From: an uncultured delta proteobacterium
Lineage (GTDB): Bacteria > Myxococcota > Myxococcia > Myxococcales > Myxococcaceae
Assembly: GCA_963713045.1 (NCBI GenBank)
Contig: CAVQKE010000007.1
Span: forward strand, 546,279 to 610,278
Length of the DNA stretch: 64,000 bases
Direction of reading: 5' to 3'
Each line of letters opens with the position of its first letter. The stretch's first letter is position 1. The position numbers and the translations under genes are program-made. Of this stretch, positions 1 through 9,862 are shown in pieces. Under the pieces are notes generated by a model. The model did no database searches, was not told the origin of the DNA, and saw only the letters and a program-made list of their open reading frames with translations.

Positions 1-6
1 GCAATT

Positions 7-777
7 TTGCTGGCGAGCTACGCCTCCGCCATCGGCGACTTCTCTGACGCTGCCCGCGCGCTGGAACGCGCCCGGGAGCTGTCACCGAGCGATCTCGGAG
101 TTGCGGCGCGCCAGGCAGAGCTGGCCGGGTTCCGAAATGGCGATTTCGAGCCGGCGCGGAAGGTGGTGGACGAAGCCCTGGTCAGAGCTCCGTCTACCCG
201 ATTCGTGCCCTATGACTTCGAGGCCATCTCGCGATGGCTTCCCGACCGCGGCTTGAGGCTCGCCGCGCAGGTGCTCGCGCACGAGGCCAGCGAGTCTGCG
301 CCCGACACACTCATCCTTCAACACTGGTACCTCATCTCCGGGCGCTTGCAATTCACTCTCGGGCACCGCGAGGCGGCGCGGGCCGCGTACACCCGGGCCC
401 TCGATGAGTTCGCAACCCAGGAGAGTTATGCCATCGCTCGGGGTGTGGCCGGGCAATGGCACCTCGGTGTGGCAGTTGCCGAGGCTGGTCTCGGGCGCGC
501 CACCGACGCCCAGGAACATCTGCGGATCGCTCAGCCCCTCCTCAAGACTCCTCGGGGGCGCGATGAGTACCTCGAACGTTCGGCCGAGGTGGCCGTGCTC
601 ACCAACCAGCCCGACGCGGCCTTTGCCTCGCTCGGCGAGTTGTTGTCCCGCCGCCGCCGATTCACGGCCGCGGTTGCGCGGGCTGATCCATTTTATTCCT
701 CGCTGCGCAGCAATCCGCGCTTCGAGGCATTTCAGGAAAAGCCGCCTGAGACGGTCCAAATCGGCGTGCCCTGGTAA
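7..777 (+). CDS. C-terminal part of a TPR-repeat protein (5'-truncated by window edge), of the type found in TolB-like/kinase-TPR fusions
   Basis: Ala-rich helical TPR-like repeats; ends in ADPFYSSLRSNPRF, the DPxxxxLRx(D/N)PRF motif typical of these proteins. Confidence 0.7.
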   Translation: MLASYASAIGDFSDAARALERARELSPSDLGVAARQAELAGFRNGDFEPARKVVDEALVRAPSTRFVPYDFEAISRWLPDRGLRLAAQVLAHEASESAPDTLILQHWYLISGRLQFTLGHREAARAAYTRALDEFATQESYAIARGVAGQWHLGVAVAEAGLGRATDAQEHLRIAQPLLKTPRGRDEYLERSAEVAVLTNQPDAAFASLGELLSRRRRFTAAVARADPFYSSLRSNPRFEAFQEKPPETVQIGVPW

Positions 778-888
778 GGCGATGGCCCGAATTCGCAGCG
801 ACCTTCAAATGCTTCGAATTCTTTGCCTCAACTGTATCGACCGCCGTGTGCTAGGGCCGCTCGGCGCCCGAGCCTGCCTTCGGGGACC

Positions 889-2388
889 CTAAAGTTGAAA
901 CAGACGTTCCACGTTGTGCCCCTGCTCGTCGCGGACGTGCCGGAACTCATTGGTGGTTGGGGAGTAGACGTAGTCGGCCCCCCAGGCTTCTGCGTGCTTC
1001 ACGGAGCTCCGCACTGCATCAGCGACGGTCTGCACCTCTTCGGTGGTGGTGGTGGGGTGAAGCGAGATGCGCACCCAACCAGGCTTCTCGCTCAAGTCTC
1101 CCCGGTCGATTTTCTCCGTGATTCGGTGCGACCGGTTGGGGTCCACGTGCAGGAGGTAGTGGCCGTAGGTCCCCGCGCAGGAGCACCCGCCGCGTACCTG
1201 AACGCCGAAGCGGTCGTTGAGCAGCCGCACCAGCAGGTTGTAGTGCACGTCTTCCACGTAGAACGACACAATCGGCAGGCGCTCCTCGACGTGGTCGGCC
1301 AGGATGTGGAGCCGAGGGATGGCCCGCAGCTCCGCCAGGAGGAGGCCGAGGAGCGCCTGCTCCCGTTTCCGAATGCGGGAGGTGCCCATGGCCTCCTTGA
1401 GCTGCACAGCCAGGGCGGCCTTGATGGTTTGTAGGAATCCCGGGGTGCCGCCGTCCTCGCGCGCCTCAATGTTGTCCACGAAACTGTGCTGGTGCCAAGG
1501 GTTGGTCCAGTTGACCGTCCCGCCACCGGGCTGGTCGGGCACCCGATTGTGGTACAGCTCCGAATCGAAGACGAGGACGCCGGGGCTCCCCGGACCGCCG
1601 AGGAATTTGTGTGGCGAGAAGTATACGGCGTCGAGCTTTTCCAGCGGGTCGCCCGGATGCATGTTGATGTCCACGTAGGGAGCTGATGCGGCGAAGTCCA
1701 CAAAGCAGTGGCCGCCGTGTTCGTGCATCACGCGCGCGAGCGCGTGCACGGGCGTGCGGATGCCGGTGACGTTGGAGCAGTCGGTAAAGGCGCCGAGCTT
1801 CAATGGCCGCGCCCGGTAGCGTTTCAGCGCCTCTTCCAGGTGCTCCACCGCCACCAGGCCACGGGCGTCTGGGGGAATGACTTCGACGTCCGCCACCGTC
1901 TCCAGCCAGGACGTCTGGTTGGAGTGGTGCTCCATGTGGGTGATAAAGACCACCGGTCGCAGCGCTTCGGGAAGGCTGCAAAAGGGAGCCAGCTGCTCCG
2001 GCAGGCGCAGGCCCAGCATCCGCTGGAGCTTGTTCACGACCGCCGTCATCCCCGAGCCCTGCGTAATGATGACGTCGGCGGGCCCGGCACGCACGTGCCG
2101 TTTGAGGAGCGCCTGGGCATGCTGGTAGGCGCGCGTCATCGCCACCCCGGTGGTGCTCGACTCCGAGTGGGTGTTGCCGACCAGCGGCCCGAACTGCTCC
2201 AGAAGACATTGCTCGATGGGCCGATAGAGACGGCCGCTGGCCGTCCAGTCCGCGTACAGGAGCGTCTGTTCGCCGCAGGGTCCTAGGAAGCTGTGGCGCA
2301 GGCCCACAATTCCCTCACGAAACCGGGAAAAAAAGCGAGCGAGCGGCTCTTCCTCTGGAAGGGGCAGGTGCACGGGCCAAAGAACCAA
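889..2388 (-). CDS. Class V PLP-dependent aminotransferase (cysteine desulfurase-like)
   Basis: YADWTASGR, MEHHSNQ, VDFAASAP, FSPHKFLGG (PLP Lys), RGGCSCAG; start TTG 2388 or GTG 2373. Confidence 0.92.
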   Translation of the reverse strand: MVLWPVHLPLPEEEPLARFFSRFREGIVGLRHSFLGPCGEQTLLYADWTASGRLYRPIEQCLLEQFGPLVGNTHSESSTTGVAMTRAYQHAQALLKRHVRAGPADVIITQGSGMTAVVNKLQRMLGLRLPEQLAPFCSLPEALRPVVFITHMEHHSNQTSWLETVADVEVIPPDARGLVAVEHLEEALKRYRARPLKLGAFTDCSNVTGIRTPVHALARVMHEHGGHCFVDFAASAPYVDINMHPGDPLEKLDAVYFSPHKFLGGPGSPGVLVFDSELYHNRVPDQPGGGTVNWTNPWHQHSFVDNIEAREDGGTPGFLQTIKAALAVQLKEAMGTSRIRKREQALLGLLLAELRAIPRLHILADHVEERLPIVSFYVEDVHYNLLVRLLNDRFGVQVRGGCSCAGTYGHYLLHVDPNRSHRITEKIDRGDLSEKPGWVRISLHPTTTTEEVQTVADAVRSSVKHAEAWGADYVYSPTTNEFRHVRDEQGHNVERLFQL

Positions 2389-2582
2389 GTCTCACGGGTT
2401 GCCGCGTCCGCGCAAGTCTCCGCGGGCTGGCCGGCAGCCAAGTCTCGAGGAACCCGTCAGACGAGGCGGCGGGTCGACTGTCACCGCTCCGGGCCTGCCT
2501 CTGCTCGTCGTCCGGACGTCGCGGCACGTCAGGGCGGCCCGCTACGGCTGTCCTCGCCTGATGAAGGCGGGCCGTAGAAGAG

Positions 2583-2984
2583 GTGAAGCGAATGCACTTT
2601 GACTGGTGGTCGTTTATTGGAGGCAACGTCACCGGTGGCACCATCGTCGGACTGGTCCTCGAGGCTGTCTCTCGCATCGTCACGGACAGGTACGAGGACC
2701 GCCGCAAGCTCACCGACGTCAATCGGAAGGCTCTCGATGACGGGCTCACGCTCCTCAGTCGGATGGTGATGAACCTGCACGAGCACCAACACGGCGAGAA
2801 GCGTGCGTTGATGAACTACCAGCATCACCGCGTACAACTGTTCGAATTGCAGCACCGAACCGGAGTCCCAACCATCGACACCGCCATTCAGGAAATCTGT
2901 ATGGGCGAGGCTCCACTCGAACCGCTGGTGGAAGTGCTGGAGGACCTGCGCGCCAAAATCGGGAGGCGACTCCAAAAGCCGTGA
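2583..2984 (+). CDS. Hypothetical protein with N-terminal membrane anchor
   Basis: 133-aa ORF, hydrophobic N-terminus followed by a charged helical region; no family recognised. Confidence 0.55.
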   Translation: MKRMHFDWWSFIGGNVTGGTIVGLVLEAVSRIVTDRYEDRRKLTDVNRKALDDGLTLLSRMVMNLHEHQHGEKRALMNYQHHRVQLFELQHRTGVPTIDTAIQEICMGEAPLEPLVEVLEDLRAKIGRRLQKP

Positions 2985-3164
2985 TGGCCTTCGAGGATGA
3001 GGCTCGCCCTGTTAGCCCGACGACAACGCTCGAGTCCGCGTGCACAGCGAACGCGTGTGTCACTCGATGCTAAAGGCTAGCTTCTGGGGCAAACAGTACC
3101 TATCAGAAGCGGGCGAGTTTCGCTCTCCAGGAGCGCGGGCTCCGTCCGCCTGGAAGGAGAACCA

Positions 3165-4067
3165 ATGACGAAGGTCCAAAGTGCGTTTATCGCGGTTGCC
3201 TTCCTTGCCAGCATCGGATGCGCGACGGTTCAAGAACCATCGCTCCAGTTTCCGGCAATCGTCGATCCTCCTAGGCCAGAACATCACGCAGGCAAGGTGA
3301 TTTTCGCTGAACTCGTCACGCCGGACCTCGCCGCCTCGAAGCGATTCTATGGAGAACTCTTTGGCTGGACATTCCGCGACTATGAGGCCGGTGCGAGGCA
3401 CTACTGCGAGGCTTCCCTCGGTGGTCACCCAGTCGCAGGGCTGTTTCACAAGGACCTACCGGAGGGGAGCCATCGGCAGCCCTCCTGGCTGACCTACATC
3501 TCCGCGCACGATGTCGACGTGGCAACCAAGCTTGCACAGGAGAAGGGCGCGAAGGTCTTGTTCGAACCGCACGCAGTGCCCGACCGCGGTCGCGAAGCAG
3601 TCTTCGCTGATCCTCAGGGGGCCGTCTTCGCGGCACTCGCGTCGAGCAGTGGGGACCCCCCGGACGTCTTGGCGGTACCCGGAGACTGGATTTGGAGTTC
3701 GCTGATTACGAGCGATCCCAAAGCAGCTGCTTCCTTCTACGAGACACTCTTCGGTTACGCAGTCTACGACTTGCCCGCAGCGGCCGGCGCTCAGCATTTC
3801 ATGCTGGCATCGGACAACTTCGCTCGCGCGAGCGTCAATAGTCTCCCTGGCACTGGGGCAGACTTCCATCCCTACTGGCTTAACTACGTACGCGTCGAGG
3901 ACGCCGTAAAGATGGCCGCCAAAGTCGTGGCTCTCGGCGGTCGCGTGCTGGTCGAGCCGCGAGTTGATCGCCATGGCGGCATGATTGCGGTCGTCGCCGA
4001 CCCGCAAGGGGCACCCTTCGGCCTGCTTGAATGGCAGGAGACCCAAACCAAAGAGGTGACCAAGTGA
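3165..4067 (+). CDS. Two-domain VOC/glyoxalase family lipoprotein
   Basis: Lipobox-like SIGC; repeated FYxxLFGW/Y and VxADPQGAxF motifs; AAGGAG RBS. Confidence 0.9.
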   Translation: MTKVQSAFIAVAFLASIGCATVQEPSLQFPAIVDPPRPEHHAGKVIFAELVTPDLAASKRFYGELFGWTFRDYEAGARHYCEASLGGHPVAGLFHKDLPEGSHRQPSWLTYISAHDVDVATKLAQEKGAKVLFEPHAVPDRGREAVFADPQGAVFAALASSSGDPPDVLAVPGDWIWSSLITSDPKAAASFYETLFGYAVYDLPAAAGAQHFMLASDNFARASVNSLPGTGADFHPYWLNYVRVEDAVKMAAKVVALGGRVLVEPRVDRHGGMIAVVADPQGAPFGLLEWQETQTKEVTK

Positions 4068-4360
4068 AGACGCTACTCTGGTCAGCAGGTGCCCTTTGGA
4101 TTGGGTTTCTGGCGCTCATCTCCTCCGGCTGCGCTGTGAGCGGTGGAGGCTATGGGTACGACGCGCAGTACTATCAATCCTACGGCTACAACTACGGAGG
4201 CTGGGGACCTCAGTACACGGTGGCACCGGTTCGCGTCGACGTGCACGATGGCGATCATCATGACGAGCATGGTGGTGGCCAGCAAGAGCATGGCGGCGGC
4301 CGTCCGGTACCGTCTCTTCCGCCGCCGGGACACGCAGGTGGCGAGCACGACCATCATTGA
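4064..4360 (+). CDS. Small lipoprotein with Tyr/Gly-rich and His-rich regions
   Basis: GTG start overlaps the upstream stop (GTGA); SSGC lipobox; tail HDGDHHDEH...EHDHH. Confidence 0.7.
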   Translation: MKTLLWSAGALWIGFLALISSGCAVSGGGYGYDAQYYQSYGYNYGGWGPQYTVAPVRVDVHDGDHHDEHGGGQQEHGGGRPVPSLPPPGHAGGEHDHH

Positions 4361-4627
4361 TGGACAGCTGATTCTTTTCCCACGCGGTCACCTCCTTGGC
4401 TGAAAACCTTGGAAGCCGTGCACCGTCGCAGCTGCGCTGTGACTTAGCGAGCAGCGAAAGGCGATATCCGTTCCCCCTCGCCGCCGAACCGCGCCACTGC
4501 AGCCGGGTGGGTGCGCTGCCACTGGACTCCGTCGGAGGAGATGCTGCCGACGAGTTAACGAGCCCACGATTTCGTCGGTACACACGCCGCGCTATTTTCG
4601 CACCAAACAATTCGGCAAGGGTGGCAC

Positions 4628-5269
4628 ATGCGAATCGGCATCCTGGGTTCCGGACTGATGGGCGGAAAGCTGGGGATTCTGTTCGCGCGCGCGGGGCACA
4701 AGGTCGTCTTCAGCTACTCGCGTCGTCGGGAGAAGCTGAAGGAGCTCGCGCGCAAGGCCGGCGCCAACGCGCGCGTAGGGACGCCGGCCGAGGCCGCGGA
4801 GGGTGCAGAGGCGCTTCTTCTTGCTGTGCATTGGTCCAAAATCGACGACGTCGTGAGCCAGGCGGGTGAGATGTCAGGCAAAATTATCGTGAGCTGTTCG
4901 CTGCCGATGAACGACAGCGACACCGACCTCGTCGTCGCGCACACCTCCTCAGGCGCTGAACAACTCTCCCGTCGTTTACGGGGCAGTCGAGTTGCCGGCG
5001 CCTTCAACACCGTCCCCAGCGAAGTGCTGTTTGGGGTGTTCAAGGCGCGCAAGCGCGCGACCAGACCAAGCATGGTGTACTACGGCGACGACCGAGGCGC
5101 GAAGAAGGTAGCCGCCGGTCTTGCCCGTGACGTAGGTTTCGAGCCGGTGGACGCTGGACCTCTTCTTGCTGCTCGCTATGCCGAGCCCTTTGCGCTCTTG
5201 GTTGCCCGGCTCGCTTATGAGGGCAAGGGCGGTCCGGAACTGGCGTATCGATTTGAGCGGTTCCGGTGA
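4628..5269 (+). CDS. NADP oxidoreductase, F420-dependent family
   Basis: MRIGILGSGLMG Rossmann fold, GAFNTV, GDD, GFEPVDAGPL. Confidence 0.9.
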   Translation: MRIGILGSGLMGGKLGILFARAGHKVVFSYSRRREKLKELARKAGANARVGTPAEAAEGAEALLLAVHWSKIDDVVSQAGEMSGKIIVSCSLPMNDSDTDLVVAHTSSGAEQLSRRLRGSRVAGAFNTVPSEVLFGVFKARKRATRPSMVYYGDDRGAKKVAAGLARDVGFEPVDAGPLLAARYAEPFALLVARLAYEGKGGPELAYRFERFR

Positions 5270-5389
5270 GCACGGGCGCGTCGCTAAGGTTTCCTCAATC
5301 GTCCATGTGCTTCTGAAGCGTTTCCTCAGGACGCGGAGGTGCTTTGTTCTCTCAGAAATGCAACCGCATCAAACTTGGAGGAACGCATC

Positions 5390-6376
5390 ATGCTGACCAA
5401 GCGGAGGCTCGGCCGACAGGGGCTCGAAGTGTCGGCACTGGGTCTCGGATGTATGGGGATGAGCCAGTCCTACGGCGTTCCCGATGACGAGGAATCGGTG
5501 GCCACGATTCACCGGGCTCTGGAACTGGGAGTCACCTTTTTCGACACCGCCGAAGCCTATGGCCCCTACCTCAACGAGGAGCTCCTCGGACGGGCCCTCA
5601 AGGGACGGCGCGAACAGGTCGTCATCGCCACGAAGTTCGGCTTCCGTATCCAGGACGGCAAGCTTGCGGGGCTGGACAGCAGGCCGGCGCACATCCGGGA
5701 GGTGGTGGAAGCATCCCTGCGCCGGCTGGGGACCGACCACATCGACCTTCTCTACCAGCACCGCGTCGACAAACAGGTGCCTATCGAGGAGGTGGTGGGC
5801 GCAATGGCCGCCCTGGTTGGCCAAGGCAAGGTTCGGTTCCTGGGGTTATCCGAGGCCGGTGAAGAAACCCTTCGCCGCGCCCACGCTGTGCATCCCATCT
5901 CCGCGCTCCAAAGCGAATACTCCCTTTGGGAGAGGAACCTAGAGACCCACATCATCCCGGTGCTCCGCCAGCTGGGCATCGGCCTGGTTCCCTTTGCTCC
6001 GCTAGGCCGCGGTTTCCTCACCGGAACGGTCCAGCGCGCCGACAGCTATCCCGCAGGCGACTTCCGCAGGAACGACCCCCGTCTTCAGGGCACGAACTTC
6101 GACGCCAACCAGCGCATCGCTGGACTGGTCCAGGCGCTGGCTGAACGGAAAAGGGCGACACCGGCTCAGGTCGCGTTGGCGTGGCTGCTGCAGCGAGGGG
6201 ATGACATCGCCCCCATTCCGGGAACGAAGCGTAGGAAATACCTGGAAGAGGACGTAGCCGCTGCCGACCTCGTGCTCACCGCTGCTGAGACCGCAGAGCT
6301 GGAGTCCTCCGTCCCGCTCGGCTCAACCGCGGGCCCGCGGTATGGCCCGGAGCTGATGGCGCAGATTGACCGCTGA
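5390..6376 (+). CDS. Aldo/keto reductase
   Basis: LGLGCMGMS, DTAEAYG, IATKFG, DLLYQHRVD, PIPGTK; GGAGG upstream of ATG 5390. Confidence 0.95.
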   Translation: MLTKRRLGRQGLEVSALGLGCMGMSQSYGVPDDEESVATIHRALELGVTFFDTAEAYGPYLNEELLGRALKGRREQVVIATKFGFRIQDGKLAGLDSRPAHIREVVEASLRRLGTDHIDLLYQHRVDKQVPIEEVVGAMAALVGQGKVRFLGLSEAGEETLRRAHAVHPISALQSEYSLWERNLETHIIPVLRQLGIGLVPFAPLGRGFLTGTVQRADSYPAGDFRRNDPRLQGTNFDANQRIAGLVQALAERKRATPAQVALAWLLQRGDDIAPIPGTKRRKYLEEDVAAADLVLTAAETAELESSVPLGSTAGPRYGPELMAQIDR

Positions 6377-6574
6377 AGAATCGACGAGTTGAAGAACCGG
6401 AGCTACCAGGAAAATTGGAAGGCCGACGAGGAAGCAGCTGCCGCCGAAAAAGGACGATACGGGTTTGGCCTGAAGGCACGTCGGGTTTAATTGGCAGGCT
6501 TTCGTTGATACGGGCGGTAGCTGGCACGACTCCCCTAGTATCCTTCGCGACTGAGCTGGAGGTATCCTTCACAG

Positions 6575-7081
6575 ATGGGCTCGGCTCGGGGAGCGACCTT
6601 TTTCGCGCTCGGCGCGGCGCTGGCCTTCGGTTGCAACAACCCGCGAGCGCTGACGGACGCAGACGGCAGGCTCCGCCGGTTTGCTGAAGCGCTTGCGACA
6701 TCGCAGGCCTCTCACAGTCTCCGCCATCGGTTCTGCTTGAAATTGCCTGAGCACCCGGAGCGATCTGAGGATTGTGCAACCCTCAATGGTTTGATTTCGG
6801 AGATGGAGGGCAGGATGGCCGCTCACCCCGAGGAGGGGCCCCGCTGCCCCACTGGGAAGGGAACGCCCGAAGAGCAGGACCAGTGCAGTTGCGAGTGGGC
6901 CTGGGTAGAGTTAGGGGCCGCAAAGGCCGCGCCCAAGTCGTGGACAGAGGTGGTCCAGTCGAACAAACTCGCCACGCTCCCCCGGATCCCCCCACCGACC
7001 TTCGTCGCCCAAATGGAGCAGTCGGGATCGGAACAGGCTTCGAAGTTCTGGACGCTGGGGTGCAAGCCCCCTTCCAAGTAG
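6575..7081 (+). CDS. Hypothetical Cys-containing lipoprotein
   Basis: Signal peptide with LAFGC lipobox; several further Cys. Confidence 0.6.
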   Translation: MGSARGATFFALGAALAFGCNNPRALTDADGRLRRFAEALATSQASHSLRHRFCLKLPEHPERSEDCATLNGLISEMEGRMAAHPEEGPRCPTGKGTPEEQDQCSCEWAWVELGAAKAAPKSWTEVVQSNKLATLPRIPPPTFVAQMEQSGSEQASKFWTLGCKPPSK

Positions 7082-7235
7082 CCGAATTGGCATCGCTTAC
7101 GGCTGATCCGAAGGCCATTGCCAGATTGCGCCGGACCGCCCATCCAATGTGGCCTGACGCAAATAGGCCGACTTCCTTCTCCGGACATAGCGAGTCGCAA
7201 AGTGCCACAATCCGTTACGCTGGCTTGCATTGCTC

Positions 7236-8531
7236 ATGAAGGCACTCGAACTGTCCACGTTGGCCCTTCTCGCGGTGGGGGCAGCGGCTGCTGGCTGCAG
7301 CACCTCGGCAGGTAACAGCACCAACGCGCCGTCGGCGCCAACGGGAGTCGAGGCGACCGCTGGGGACGCCAAAGTCACCCTCACCTGGCCGCCAGTCGGC
7401 GGAGCGACCCTCTACAACCTCTACTGGTCCACGACCGCCGGCGTGACACCAGCGAACGGCACCAAGATTGCCGGTGCGATCAGTCCTTACGTTCAACTTG
7501 GGCTAACCAACGGAACCACCTACTACTATGTGTTGACCGCCGTGAATGGCAGCGGTGAATCCGCAGCCTCATCTCAGGTAAATGCGGTCCCGTCAGCCAG
7601 TGCTGGTCCGCCAGGGGCGCCGACGGGTGTCCAGGCTGCTCCGGGGAATGCTGAGGTCGCCATTTCGTGGTCGGCTGTCTCCGGAGCGACTTCCTATGAC
7701 CTCTATTGGTCCACTTCGCCTGGGCTGATGCCCGCGAACGGCACCAGGATAGTCGGTGCCACCAGTCCTTACGTTCAAACTGGGCTGACCAACGGAATCA
7801 CCTACTACTACGTTGTCACTGCCGTAAATGCGGATGGCGAATCGATGGCCTCGTCTCAGGTCAGCGCTGTCCCCTCGGCCACCGCGTCTACCCCCTACAT
7901 TTATGCACTCATCCTTAGCCTGAGTGGAGGAGGCGTACCTCCGTATTTCGGTCATCTGGAGGCCGTCTACGTCTGTACGGATGGGTACAACTGCGACCGT
8001 CCGATTACCACCGCGACCGTGACTGTGAATGGCGGTGCGCTCACTTACGATGGAATGTCGAGTGCCTACTTCGGCGACCAGGCGATTGCCGAGGGCAGCT
8101 CCGTCAGCCTCCAGGTGACCATTGGCGCGGACGTGTACACCGCCAACGCGACCCAGTTCACCAGCCCTCCAACCGTCACAGCGCCCCCGACGTCAGGAGC
8201 AATTTGGATGGCCGCCAACAGCAATACCATCACGTGGAATGGCGGTGGACCCACCACCGACGCGAACTATTACGTTCAAATGTACGACAGCAGCCTCCAC
8301 CAAATCTTTCCATCATCCACATCAGACAGTGGCGAATTGCCCATCAGCACCACCGCGGCTGTTGTCTTGCAAAGCAGTCTGCCCACCGGGGACGTCTTTT
8401 TGATGGTGGGAATCGTCTCTCCCGGGGCAATCCTGCAGGACTCTGGCGGCATCTCCATTCCCAACGCCGCAGCGGGTTCCGGACTTTGGCTCGGCCTATT
8501 GGCCTCAATCGTGCCCATCACCGTCGAGTGA
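7236..8531 (+). CDS. Lipoprotein with two tandem fibronectin type III domains
   Basis: AAGC lipobox; two APTGVxA...W...YxLYW...GLTNGxTYYYVxTAVN...ES repeats. Confidence 0.9.
   Translation: MKALELSTLALLAVGAAAAGCSTSAGNSTNAPSAPTGVEATAGDAKVTLTWPPVGGATLYNLYWSTTAGVTPANGTKIAGAISPYVQLGLTNGTTYYYVLTAVNGSGESAASSQVNAVPSASAGPPGAPTGVQAAPGNAEVAISWSAVSGATSYDLYWSTSPGLMPANGTRIVGATSPYVQTGLTNGITYYYVVTAVNADGESMASSQVSAVPSATASTPYIYALILSLSGGGVPPYFGHLEAVYVCTDGYNCDRPITTATVTVNGGALTYDGMSSAYFGDQAIAEGSSVSLQVTIGADVYTANATQFTSPPTVTAPPTSGAIWMAANSNTITWNGGGPTTDANYYVQMYDSSLHQIFPSSTSDSGELPISTTAAVVLQSSLPTGDVFLMVGIVSPGAILQDSGGISIPNAAAGSGLWLGLLASIVPITVE
7335..7880 (+). repeat. Intragenic tandem duplication with 282-nt period (Fn3 units)
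   Basis: GCGCCAACGGGAGTC at 7335 vs GCGCCGACGGGTGTC at 7617; shared blocks GCGAACGGCACCA, CAGTCCTTACGTTCAA, ACCTACTACTA. Confidence 0.85.
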
Positions 8532-8551
8532 CTACCGCGTCGGGGTCCGGA

Positions 8552-8570
8552 CGACCAATTGACTTGGTCG
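8552..8570. promoter_or_regulatory. Palindromic operator candidate CGACCAA-TTGAC-TTGGTCG upstream of the aminotransferase operon
   Basis: Perfect 7-bp inverted repeat enclosing a -35-like TTGACT; half-sites resemble GntR/FadR-subfamily boxes. Confidence 0.5.
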
Positions 8571-8647
8571 GGTTACCATTTTGTCGCGCCGCGTCGCACG
8601 TTCCAAGTCTGTTTGCGAAGCGTCGGAGCTGGAGGCAAGGTGGCTGA

Positions 8648-9850
8648 ATGATTCGGCGCGGACGTCACTTCCTGCAAATCCCCGGTCCGACCAACGTGCC
8701 CGACCGCGTGCTCCGGGCAATGGACCGTCCGACCATTGACCACCGCGGTCCAGAGTTTCAGGCGCTTGGGCGGGAAGTGCTCGACGGGTGTCGCGCCGTC
8801 TTCCAAACCAGCGGTTCCGTCTTCATCTACCCATCCTCTGGAACGGGCGCTTGGGAGGCGGCCATCGTCAACACCTTAAGCCCAGGCGACAAGGTGCTGA
8901 TGGTCGAGACTGGTCAGTTCGCCACTCTCTGGCGGGCGATGGCGCAACGACTGGGGCTGGAGGTGGACTTCGTGCCAGGAGACTGGCGCCACGGCGTGGA
9001 TGCTCAAGAAATCGGCCGCCGCCTGAGCGAGGACCGAGCGCGGAAGCTTCGGGCGGTGATGGTCGTTCACAACGAAACCTCGACCGGTGTCACCAGCCGC
9101 ATCGACGAAGTACGACGTGCCATGGACCAGGCCGGCCATCCGGCGCTGTTGATGGTGGACACCATCTCTTCGCTGGCCTCCATCGACTACCGGCACGACG
9201 AGTGGGGAGTCGACGTGACCGTGGGCGGCTCACAAAAGGGCCTCATGCTTCCCCCAGGGCTTGGCTTCAACGCCGTCTCGGACAAGGCGCTGGTCTCAAG
9301 TCGAAGCGCCAAAATGCCTCGCAGCTATTGGGATTGGCAAGAGATGCTCAAGCCCAACGCGGCCGGCTTCTTTCCCTACACGCCTGCGACCAACCTCCTC
9401 TATGGGCTTCAGGAGTCTCTTCGGATGCTCGAGGAGGAGGGCCTGCCCCAAGTCTTTGCCCGTCACGCGAGGCACGCGGAAGCGACGCGCGCCGCGGCCC
9501 GAGGCTGGGGGTTGGAGTTGCTGCCGCTCAACCCAGCCGAGTACTCGAGTTCTCTTACGGCGGTGATGATGCCCGAAGGCCACGACGCTGATCGCTTCCG
9601 AGCAGCAGCGCTCGATGGGTGGGACATTTCCCTCGGCGCCGGTCTTGGCAAGTTCCAAGGACGAATCTTTCGAATCGGCCATTTGGGTAACTTCAATGAC
9701 CTCATGCTGATGGGCACACTGTCGGGAGTTGAGCTGGGCCTACGGGCGGCCCGAGTTCCCATCCAGGCAGGGGGACTCGGCGCCGCGGTCGCTGCACTCT
9801 CGCATCCTCTGGACAGTTCAACCGCCGTGGGGCGTCCCACCAGCGCCTGA
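8648..9850 (+). CDS. Serine/alanine-glyoxylate aminotransferase family (class V)
   Basis: GRHFLQIPGPTNVP, VHNETSTG, VDTISS, GSQKGLMLPPG, FRIGHLG. Confidence 0.93.
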   Translation: MIRRGRHFLQIPGPTNVPDRVLRAMDRPTIDHRGPEFQALGREVLDGCRAVFQTSGSVFIYPSSGTGAWEAAIVNTLSPGDKVLMVETGQFATLWRAMAQRLGLEVDFVPGDWRHGVDAQEIGRRLSEDRARKLRAVMVVHNETSTGVTSRIDEVRRAMDQAGHPALLMVDTISSLASIDYRHDEWGVDVTVGGSQKGLMLPPGLGFNAVSDKALVSSRSAKMPRSYWDWQEMLKPNAAGFFPYTPATNLLYGLQESLRMLEEEGLPQVFARHARHAEATRAAARGWGLELLPLNPAEYSSSLTAVMMPEGHDADRFRAAALDGWDISLGAGLGKFQGRIFRIGHLGNFNDLMLMGTLSGVELGLRAARVPIQAGGLGAAVAALSHPLDSSTAVGRPTSA

Positions 9851-9862
9851 CTTTCTTTTCCG

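Noticed and set aside
2984..3073. 29-aa ORF MAFEDEARPVSPTTTLESACTANACVTRC overlapping the upstream stop (TGATG), superficially RiPP-precursor-like
   Set aside because: No well-placed SD and no modifying enzyme or transporter nearby; compatible with chance.
3080..3110. GCTTCTG...CAGAAGC hairpin containing GGCAAAC, considered as a c-di-GMP-I riboswitch
   Set aside because: Lacks the GAAA-capped P2 stem and the downstream GACGCAAAGC-type segment.
6377..6490. 37 open codons in frame after the aldo/keto reductase TGA (possible readthrough)
   Set aside because: The protein already ends at a family-typical C-terminus and no SECIS-like stem follows; chance or a gene remnant.
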